Shown here piece after piece: positions 36,364 through 46,247 of a DNA stretch of 46,247 bases (the first letter of the stretch is position 1; the number at the start of each line of letters is the position of its first letter). The stretch spans positions 62,001 through 108,247 of the forward strand of contig JBEWZL010000296.1 of assembly GCA_045837725.1 (NCBI GenBank). Reading direction: 5' to 3'. The DNA is from Vermamoeba vermiformis (Eukaryota). The notes beneath the pieces are model-generated. The model made no database searches. It had not been told where the DNA came from and saw only the letters and a program-made list of their open reading frames with translations. Position numbers and translations under genes: made by a program.

Positions 36364-39300
36364 ATGCTTAAGGCTGCGTCTTTGCTCAAAAAGTCGGGTA
36401 AGTGGATGTCATGTTTTGAATTGCCAAACCGCAATATGACTTTCGAAACTTCTATTAATCCTCCATCTAGGTACTTTGTCTTTGATATCGAAGGCATGTG
36501 CACCCCGACGTCGATTAAAGTCGACCGCGACCAAGCCTGCGGTAAGTAACGAGATGCAAGACCAACGACTCACCCGCGAGAAAACTCATTACTTATCATC
36601 GATTAGGCATACCTAGAGCTTGAAGACGGAACTATTCTCGAGGGCAAACCGTTCGGTGCGGCTCGATCATGTACAGGAGAAGTCGTATTCAATACGGGCA
36701 TGGTCGGCTATCCTGAAGCACTCTCCGATCCCTCATACAAAAATCAAATCTTGACGTTGACTTACCCGCTTGTTGGTAACTACGGTGTACCTCCCAAGAC
36801 GAAGGACAGCGCTGGCCTTTTAAACTTCTTCGAGTCTGACAAAATCCGTATCCACAATACCAAAATAGCAACGCTTCCGTAATTTTGCATTATTATTTTT
36901 GCCTTAACTATCAACTTACCACAGATATCTCTGGTCTTATTGTCGGCGATTACACGAAAGAATATTCACACTGGAATGCAGTTCAATCGTTGGGCGAGTG
37001 GTTGCAATCTGAGGGAGTCCCCGCGCTGTCGGGGATCGACACTCGCAGCTTGACGCGCGTCCTGAGAGAAAGAGGTACATCAATACTAGTTATAAGTTTG
37101 CACGGTCTATTATTGGATTATTATTTGAATTTGCTTTATCGCGTTCATGAAAAGTGCAACAGATTTAATTTCTGTCAAACTCAAAGCTTTACAAATGACA
37201 TAATTGACACGCTGTGTTGTCAACTTTAATGCACAGTATATTTCCGTCGTATTATTTGTTTTTTTGAGACGTGCTAAACAAAGATTTTGATTTTCTCGAT
37301 CTAGCCGTTGCAAAATCCGCCAAAAAAATCTTCGTCTCGTATCAATTCTTACCAAAAAAATGTACAGGATGCATGGCAGGCAAGATTGTAATCAACAATG
37401 ATGACCTCCCAATTCAAGATCCGCTCGCAGAGAACCTGGTCGCGCAGTGCTCAATTTCGGAGCCCAAGATCTACGGCAATGGCGATATCAAAATTATTGC
37501 TGTGGACTGTGGTATGAAGTACAACATTATTAGACAATTGACCAGTTTGCCCAACACGACGATCAAGATCGTGCCCTGGAATTACGATTTTACGCAAGAG
37601 CACTATGATGGCCTCTTTTTGAGCAACGGACCTGGAGATCCAGCACTAGGTACATCACTTGCACTCTTTATACGATTATTGGTGCTAACGCGTTGTCTAG
37701 TCACGGAGACCATCGAGCACGTTAAGAAGGCGATCGAGATCGGCAAACCTACCTTTGGCATCTGCCTTGGCAATCAATTGCTTGGCTTAGCTGCTGGTGC
37801 TAAAACAGTCAAATTAAAGTACGGAAACCGTGGTCAGAATCAGCCTGTCATGGACTTAACTAGCAACCAAGGTACGTAACACGAAGCCACATCTGTTCAT
37901 CGAACGCTCTGTTCTAACAACTTGTATTGTAGTTTATATTACCCCTCAAAACCACGGCTTTGCGGTCGATGTTGGCACTCTTCCTCCAGATTGGAAGCCA
38001 TACTTTGTGAATGCGAACGACGGCAGCAACGAGGGCATTATGCACACCACCAAGCCAATTTTCAGCGTGCAATTCCACCCCGAGGCTAGAGGTGGCCCCT
38101 ACGACACCAAGTTCCTGTTCCAGAAGTTCTACAAGATGGTCACGGAGTTCAAGTCTCGCGAGAAGATGTGGGAGAACAAGAACTTCAACACCAAAGTCAA
38201 GCCAAGCAAAGTTTTAATTATCGGCTCTGGTGCATTGCAAATTGGCAAGTCCTAGCGATATGACAGTGAAAGAAAGCAATAATTAATCCGTGATGCAGGT
38301 CAAGCAGGCGAGTTCGATTACTCCGGATCTCAATGCATCAAAGCACTCAAAGAAGAAGGTGTCAAGTCTGTGCTCGTCAATCCAAACATTGCGACCGTAC
38401 AGACAAGCAAAGGAGTGGCAGATCAAGTCTATTTCTTGCCAGCCACAACTGAGTTCATCGAGCGTGTCATTCAAAAGGAAAGACCCGACGGCATTCTACT
38501 CGGTAAGCAATTTAGATTTGCACAAAAGGGTAGTTTCTAACTTCGCGTAGGATTTGGTGGTCAAACTGGCTTGAACACTGGTGTAGAATTGGCACGTGAA
38601 GGTGTCTTCAAAAAGTACGGCGTTGAAGTGTTGGGCTCGTCAGTTGAAACAATCGAGGTAAGTTCTAGTCATAAGCAAGCGTGAAGTGCGTGTTCTAATG
38701 TTTTGTACAGGCTACTGAAGACCGCGAACTCTTCAACAAGAAGCTCTCAGAAATTAACGAACCCTTCGCCAAGTCATTCGCAGTAACCAATGTCGAGGAT
38801 GCACTGACAGCTGCGAAACAAATCGGATACCCCGTTGTCGTGCGTGCAGCATACGCACTCGGTGGTTTGGGCTCAGGCTTTGCGGCTAATCAGCAAGAGC
38901 TCGTGGCACTTGCGTCTCGTGCCCTCTCCTCAGCACCTCAAATTCTGGTCGAGAAGTCATTGAAGGGCTGGAAAGAAGTCGAGTATGAAGTGGTCCGCGA
39001 TCAAAACAACAACTGCATCACCGTGTGCAACATGGAGAACTTTGATCCGATGGGCATTCACACTGGTGATTCCATCGTCGTGGCACCGTCTCAAACGCTC
39101 ACTAATGAAGAGTACCACATGCTCCGCTCAGCTGCTATTCGCATCGTGCAACACTTGGGCATTGTCGGCGAATGCAACATTCAATACGCGCTCAACCCCA
39201 AGAGCCAAGAATACATCGTTATCGAAGTCAATCCGAGACTTTCACGTTCCTCGGCACTGGCCTCCAAGGCTACTGGCTATCCTCTTGCCTTCGTAGCCGC

Positions 39301-41793
39301 CAAGATCGCTGTTGGTGTTCCGTTGTCCCGTATTCAAAACTCAGTCACAAAGAGCACCCTCGCGTGTTTCGAGCCCTCACTGGACTACATTGTCACGAAG
39401 GTTCCTCGTTGGGACTTGGCCAAGTTCAAGCAAGTGGACCCTCATCTCGGCTCCTCAATGAAGTCTGTCGGTGAAGTAATGGCCATTGGTCGCACTTGGG
39501 AAGAGTCCATTCAAAAGGCCCTCCGTATGGTCGATACCTCCAACAATGGGTTCGAGCCCAAGTTCAACGGAGATATCGATGAAGAGCTGTTGCGTCCTAC
39601 TCCTCAACGTATCTTTGCTATTGCTAAGGCATTCGAGCAAGGCTACAGCGTGGATAAGATTCACGACATGACAAAGATCGACAAGTGGTTCTTGAACAAA
39701 CTGCACAAGATCTCCGAGATGCGCGGCTCGTTGAAACAAAACAAGTCCGTGGCTTCAATCGACTTGACTCAAATGAAGGCAGCAAAACAAGCTGGTTTCT
39801 CCGACAAACAGATCGGAACTTACGTGAAGGCCAAAGAAAATGAAGTGCGTGCTCATCGCAAGGCACTCGGAGTTGTTCCGCACGTGAAGCAAATCGACAC
39901 TCTTGCTGCTGAGTTCCCTGCTCAGACCAACTACTTGTACATGACTTACAACGCCACTGGTTCTGACATTCCTGAGGACAAAGGGTATGTTGGCATCTAA
40001 TGATGTTATGTATTTTCATGACTAACCCGTTGGTATAGTGGAGTGATGGTTTTGGGCTCAGGCACTTATCGCATTGGCAGTTCCGTCGAGTTTGATTACG
40101 GTGCTGTTAGCTGTTCTCGAAGCTTGCAAAAGCACGGGCAGAAGACAATCATGGTCAATTACAACCCCGAGACTGTGTCGACTGATTATGACGAAAGCGA
40201 CAAGCTGTACTTCGAGGAGCTCTCGTTGGAACGTGTGCTTGACATTCACGACCGTGAGAACCCACTCGGTACCGTGGTGTCAGTCGGAGGTCAACAGCCT
40301 CAAAACATTGCGCTGTCGCTGCACAACAGCGGTGTGAATGTGTTGGGAACCAAGGCCACGAACATTGATATAGCTGAGGACCGTTACAAATTCTCAAAAC
40401 TGCTTGGATAGCATTGGTGTCGCACAACCTGAGTGGAAAGAACTCAGCTCAATGGCTGCTGCCAAAGAATTTGCCGGCAAAGTTGGGTATGTGGCAGCTA
40501 CAGTAATGTACGCTAATGATCCGTTACTTAACATAGTTTTATTCAGCTACCCCGTGCTCATTCGTCCTTCTTATGTCCTTTCCGGTGCTGCTATGAATGT
40601 CGCTGCCGACGAGCACCAACTCGAGACGTTCTTGTCTTTGGCCGCTGACGTCAATCCCGAACACCCTGTCGTCATCACTAAGTTCGTGACTGGTGCCAAG
40701 GAGTACGTGTTTTTGTTGTTATTAGTTCTTCGGTAACTAACAGCCTCTTACAGAGTTGAATTGGACGCTGTTGCCCAGAACGGTGAACTGATCAACTGGG
40801 CCATCGCTGAACACATTGAACACGCAGGTGTGCACAGCGGTGACGCTACAATGGTGTTGCCTGCCCACGACTTGCCCACAAGTGTGCTCGATGAGATCAA
40901 GACCATCGGCACTAAGATTGCAACCGCTTTGCACATCAACGGTCCGTGCAACATCCAGTTCTTGGTGAAGGATAACGTAAGTCACGCTCATAGATGTGAT
41001 ATTAGCAGTTTATTAACGGTACGCTCTACAGAAGGTTAGCGTTATCGAGTGCAATTTGAGAGCCTCACGTTCGGTGCCTTTCGCCTCCAAAACCTACGAC
41101 GTGGACTTCATCGAAACTGCCACGAAAATCTTCTTGGGCGAGAAGTTGCAACCAAACAAGAAGTGCGAGGAAAAGCTGAACCACGTGGCCGTCAAAGCGC
41201 CTCAATTCTCCTTCCAACGCTTGTTGGGTGCGGATCCTGCTCCTAGCATTGAAATGACCTCAACAGGAGAAGTTGCATGCTTCGGTGACAACAAGTACGA
41301 AGCGTTCCTCAAGTCATTGATCTCGGTCCCTCCCTACTTCAAGCTGCCCAACAAGAACAAGACCATCCTGTTGAGCGGTAACATCAAGGACAGCTTCATT
41401 CCTTCAGCGAAGACACTTGCCAAGGGAGGCTACACTTTGTTTGCCTCGTCTCACGTGGCACCTCTGCTGATCCAATACGGTGTCGAACACAAGCTGCTTA
41501 CCCACAAGGACGGTGAGAGCGAGCTGATCGACCACATTTTGCAACGCAAGATTGATTTGGTGATCAATTTCCCTTCGCACGATGAAGACCCCGTCAACTA
41601 TCAAATTAGACGACGAGCGGTCGATTTTGGAGTGCCTTGCTTGACCAACGAACAGATCTGCAGCTTCTTGGCTACCGCGCTAACGACGGTCAAGGAAATG
41701 CCCATCAAATCGTACGCTGATTACTTCCCGGAGGAGAAACTCACGTCAAAAATTGAAATGATTGTAAAGGAGGAGCTGATGTCTTCTAAATAA
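36364..41793 (+). CDS. Fused small+large-subunit carbamoyl-phosphate synthetase, glutamine-dependent, with a mitochondrial presequence (CPS I/III-like, not CAD)
   Basis: [83 protein letters not shown] and RPSYVLSG. C-terminal MGS-like domain, then stop at 41793 with no DHO or ATC domain. Confidence 0.96.
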
Positions 41794-41843
41794 GTGTATA
41801 TTTATATTTATCACATAAAGTCTACAAGAACTTAAAATCAAAA

Positions 41844-44800
41844 TTACTTGAATAATTTCTTACGAAACAAAAAGACAGCTCCTCCGATCAAAGCAGCAGA
41901 GGCGATGATCGAAGCTGCGGTCAGAAGAGGTGTCCAAGACTTGCCGCTGCTTGTGCTGTCAGTGTTGCTAGGCTCGGGCTTCTTAGCAGTCTTGGCCTCT
42001 TCGGCGGCACGAGCAGCTTGTTGAGCGCGTGCACGAGCGGTTTCTTTGGCTTGTTTCAAGAACGGGTAAGTGTACGTCAAGTCCTTCAACAAGCCTTCGA
42101 ACTCTTCGATGAGCTGCTTTCTCAACTGCTCGTTGGTGATATCGGGATTGGCTTCGATGAGGGGCAGGGCGTAATCAGACCAACCAACGGTGATAACGAT
42201 GAGCAAAGGATCATCGGGATCGAAGTCTGGGTCCTTCAATAAGGCGAGAGTGCCGCGCATGATGGATTCGTAGCGCTGTTGATCGTCTTCCCAGTAGTCC
42301 ACTCGCTCTTCAGCTACTTTGCGGCAGTGAGCTTTGTATTCCTCGAGCGGTGCCTGAGGATCGAGAGGCTCTTCAGCGGAGAGGTACCACCACAACAAGA
42401 CCTCCAGCACTTCGCGGTCTTGATTGCCAAAGCGCGGGTTGCGCAATACACCACCGTAGTACTTGGCACCGCAATATTGACGAGCAGCCCAGATGTCGTC
42501 GGGGGTGGCGTCAGTGCCCTTGTTGTTGCTCTCGTCGCCTTCGCTTTCGAGAGTTTGTTCGGTGCTGTCGAGGTACGAATCAGCACCGAAAATGGTGTGG
42601 AACTCGGCACGTTTCTTGTCACGCTCTTCTTCAAAGTCCTTGCGACGAACGGCCTTCTCTTTGATGGCACGTGCATAGCGGTGACTGCACACCAAGGTTA
42701 GCCTACCAACAAAAATAAAATATCTATGTGCTTACCGGTAATACAAGCGATAGGAGACCAACAGGGCCAAGTCAACGCGATCTTGCCACGTTGGGTTCTC
42801 GGGGTCAGGGAAGTCAATGCGATGTTGACGCGCCAAGTTTTGCACGTGTCTCTTGATAAGAGGATGATCATCAGGGAAGTCTCGATCGGCTACAAACATT
42901 ATGAATGAGGAAATTGAGCATGGCAGAAAATCTTTCCTTAACGTACCAATAAAAATGGCTGAATTGGCGTCGTAGACGTGATTTTGAGCTTCCAATGTTC
43001 GCTTTTTCTAAAGCAAGCAGTTAGTACGCAATGAAGGTGCATTGTATGGGGATTACCAAGGACGGATCTTTCTCTTCGGCGGCCATGCGCTTCTCGCGTT
43101 CTTTCAACAAGTACGAGTTGTACTGGCTGGCGAGCATCAACAACAAGTTGTTGCGGACCAAGTTGAGCATTTGAGGCAGAGGGACATTGGTGTCGATGGG
43201 CAGTTGCAAGTCATTGATGACACGTGTCAACACGTTCTTAATCTCGGGTCTGTTTTCAGCAACAGCTCTGCAGCAATAAGTTAGACCTCACGCACTAGTG
43301 GAAGTGTTTAGGGTACGTACTGTCTGGTATTTTCAGTCTCGAGCACTTCGATCTTTCCAAACAACCATTCCATGAACTCTCTGAGGCGCTCGGTGGGGTC
43401 ACGAACCTTCTCAGCCTCTTTGCCCTCGTGTTCTTCACCCTCGGCATGTTCGTGATGGTCCTCGTGATCCTCGTGGTTCTCTTTAGTCTCTTCCTTTTGC
43501 TCGGACTTCTTTTCGTCGTGCTCTTTTTCGTAGTAGTCCATCGCACCCATCAGCTCTCTCTCAACTTCTTCGGGATCCTCGTCGTCAACCAATTGCTCCT
43601 CGAAGTCTTGAACTGCACGCGGAAGGTAAACATTATATTATAAATGTAGTTAAAGGCTAATTACTTACTGACTTGGCTGTACAACTTGAAGGGCCACTTT
43701 GAGTTGACCTCTTCGTCCTTCTCAAGCTCGCGCAAGTAATTGAGAATATCAAACTCGAATGGTTTTTCACCGAAGTTGACACGGCACTTATTGTCGAGAG
43801 TTCTAATGCCGACAGTCGGGTACATGTGCAACAAGTTGCGCACACGCTTGGCAGGTGAGCCGAGCATCACACCGTTGCGCGTGATGAAGATTTCTTTCTT
43901 GGCGAAATTGATACCGAGACCAACTGGAGCACGGTTAGTACTATTACATTGTTTAACTCCCGTTGATACGTACTCGTGTCGCCAACTTGCCACACTTCGG
44001 AGAAATTAAGACCGAACGGACGTTGGCTGAAGAAACATCCATCGTCAGCGTGAAGGCCGTAAGAGTCTTTGCCCCAACCAGGCATGGCGCGGGCGTATTT
44101 CTTCAACGCCAAACCAATGCCAATAACGCTGTTGAGGTGTTAATAAAGCTGGATTAATTTCGGGCGAATTACTTACGGCTCGCTATCTTTGCCAAACTCT
44201 TCGACGGTCAATTCGTAATAGGCCACAGCGAAGTTGACCATGGGCAAGGGATAGAGCTTATATTTTCCCTGAACGGCGTGTGTGAGTTAAAGAAATTAAA
44301 TAGGTGGAGCGGCGATAGAGACACGCGTGACAGATCTTGAGAAAATTAATTGAAAAGGATATGACCGCCTCAATACGGGTGTTGATGGAGTCAGTTGGGG
44401 CCACGAAGTGCAACGAGTTTTCATCTGCGTCAATTGGCCGGACCAAAGCAGAATCTTCAGATCGAATTACCAACTTGTTGTGGAAAATTCGATTGTAAAA
44501 GTAGTTTAGCACCTTATATTCGCGTTTCCAATTAATGTTGGCAGCGATAGATTCTATCTTCTTAAATTCTACGGTAGAGTATTAGAACGGGACCGAAAAC
44601 GAACTGATCGTTCAATGAATCTGCGCGTAAATATTTTAATTAAGCTTGGAAAATTTAATTAAGGCACAATCGCTACGAAGTCTTTCAGAAGGTAGCTTAT
44701 TAGCCACAAAGAAAAATTTCAGAAATATTTCTAGCTAAAAGGGAATAAATATGTTTTCGATTCTCCGAATAGTACTTACTTTCAGGCGATAGGTTCCATT

Positions 44801-44963
44801 GCTTAAGGCAATAATATTTCCAAAAACCTGCTTCCGAGGGCAAGTTATTGAAGCCCTTGCTTGCTTGCATTAAGCGTCCAACACTCTGCGCATCCAAGTG
44901 CGTCAGAATTAGGAACTTTAATTCCCTAGGAAAGACGTTCAATTCTCCAAACTCTTGCTCCAT
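41844..44963 (-). CDS. F-box + SPRY domain protein with acidic/His-rich linker and a C-terminal tail anchor
   Basis: F-box FPRELKFLILTHLDAQSVGRLMQASK...INWKREY. RanBPM-type SPRY MPGWGKDSYGLHADDG...GDT|VGLGINF...FITRNG...YPTVG...VNFGEKPFEFD. Terminal LLTAASIIASAALIGGAVFLF-RKKLFK*. Confidence 0.88.
43218..43229. repeat. Palindrome TGACACGTGTCA (apparently exonic, F-box/SPRY gene)
   Basis: Exact match within codons for V-L-T-R-V-I on the minus strand. Confidence 0.9.
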
Positions 44964-45102
44964 GTTGTGGACTTAAAGTGCGTTGCCAAAAAATACGATT
45001 TGGTTTCGTGCTTTTGAACAGACCACGCACGTGCGCGTGCCGTTAGTGTACCTTTTTTTTTAAGTATTTCACTACAGACGATTATAAGTAAACAATAAGG
45101 CA

Positions 45103-46188
45103 ATGGGAAATACAAATTCAGAAGATAAAAACCAGTCACAGGCCGCGGAAAACATTAAAATAGTCGCTGTTGGCTACGGTACTATGGATAGTCCCAAAGA
45201 TTATTGGCTTCATACTTATACGATAGGAGAAAAAGCACAAGATCTTTATCCAAGGGTAGAACTAATTTTAAAATTTAATTTGTAATTTTTAACTTGTATT
45301 TTATTTTTAGCCAGGCGCTCTTCCGGATTTCTCCACTATAGTCGAGTACAAAGGAAGGCGTGTAAATTTATCTCTTCACGACACAAGTAAGCCAGCTGCC
45401 GAATTTAAACTTTGTACTTAATTTTTTTGACCTGACCCAGATGCGACAGAGGACTACACGAAATACCGAATCGAAACTTATTATAAAGCAGGTACGCTAA
45501 CTGTTTAAAGTATTTTCTTTAAGCTGCTTAATCCAATTGTCTTTGATCCAGATGTAGTCCTGCTACTCTATAGCAGCAAAGAAGCGGTGACCTTTACGTA
45601 TTTGAAAGAAAAGGTAATATAAACAGATTAATTCGCGGTGCTAATAGTCCAATTATAGATGTTGCCAGAGATTACGTATCACCTTCCGTCCGTACCAATC
45701 ATTCTAATCGACATGAATAATACGGATGGAAATAAAACACCCGTGTCAGAGGAAGATGTAAGTTTGAGTATCGTATAATAATATAATTATACTTATCGAG
45801 AGCATCATAGTAGTTGAACTAATAAATTTTTTTGTAACAGATCGCCGCATTAAAAAAAGACAAGCGTTTTGCACTGTATTGTCATGAAATAGTACCTATG
45901 AACCAAGAGCGCATCAGACGCGTGATTGAAGTGACAGCAATTGAAGCCGTTGAATTTACGCGTAATTTGCCGTTCAAAGCTTTTGCGGACGAAGTGTACG
46001 AGAAGTACCATTCAGAATTGAAGAAATTAACAGAGAAATATAATAACGCTAAAAAGAAGAGCGCTGAAGAGGCAACGAGTGCAAAACAAATGCTCGATGA
46101 GTTACAAAAACAGATCAACACAGAGATTCGCGGAAAAGTTTTAGCTTGTAAATGGGATATATATGCGGAAAAACTCGGATGGAAATGA
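45103..46188 (+). CDS. Rho/Rac-like small GTPase fold with degenerate G-motifs, N-myristoylation motif and C-terminal coiled coil
   Basis: Six exons splice in frame: MGNTNS...IKIVAVGYGTMDSPKD...RVNLSLHDTNATEDYTKYRIETYYKADVVLLLYS...MLPEITYHLPSVPIILIDMN...KLGWK*. Confidence 0.8.
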
Positions 46189-46247
46189 GCAAGGTGTTGT
46201 GTATATTTTATGTACTGTATTATTGGATGTATTTATGGTTCCATAAA

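Noticed and set aside
37076-37367. snoRNA or other ncRNA in the unusually long CPS intron
   Set aside because: No convincing C/D or H/ACA box arrangement with a terminal stem was seen by eye. An Infernal/Rfam search would be needed.
5950-43229. CRISPR array or MITE family to explain the palindromes
   Set aside because: Copies are kilobases apart and only 12-14 bp long, with no spacer structure, shared internal sequence, target-site duplication, cas gene or transposase.
1-46247. Non-standard genetic code or prokaryotic/viral origin
   Set aside because: In-frame stops are explained by introns, and genes end in TAA, TAG or TGA. The gene set and intron structure are eukaryotic nuclear.

Overview
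This window is nuclear DNA of a gene-dense microbial eukaryote. It has many short spliceosomal introns (mostly 45-100 nt, GTAAGT/GTACGT donors, CTAAC-like branch sites, YAG acceptors) and uses the standard genetic code. The gene content suggests an amoeboid protist, possibly Amoebozoa (inference). The ORF track therefore shows exon fragments. Manual splicing gives 17 genes, in order: two tandem divergent actins; a half-size ABCG transporter preceded by an EAG-like PAS domain; a dual-specificity phosphatase; a fimbrin-type CH/EF-hand/coiled-coil/TM protein; a TMEM245/AI-2E-like transporter; a GPI-anchored GH3 beta-glucosidase; a cytochrome P450; a penicillin-acylase-family Ntn hydrolase; a villin/supervillin-like protein; a degenerate kinase; a PX-PH-RhoGAP-like protein; an intronless DNPH1/NDT-like gene; a formate/nitrite transporter; a mitochondrial fused carbamoyl-phosphate synthetase; an F-box/SPRY tail-anchored protein; and a Rho-like pseudo-GTPase. 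Two signals stand out. First, the PAS domain is absent from the ORF track and joins the ABCG frame only through a -1 frameshift. Second, the perfect 12-bp palindrome TGACACGTGTCA occurs 8 times, 7 of them inside introns of five unrelated genes. Family assignments come from motif recognition by eye; no database search was run. No tRNA, rRNA, CRISPR array or transposase was recognised.
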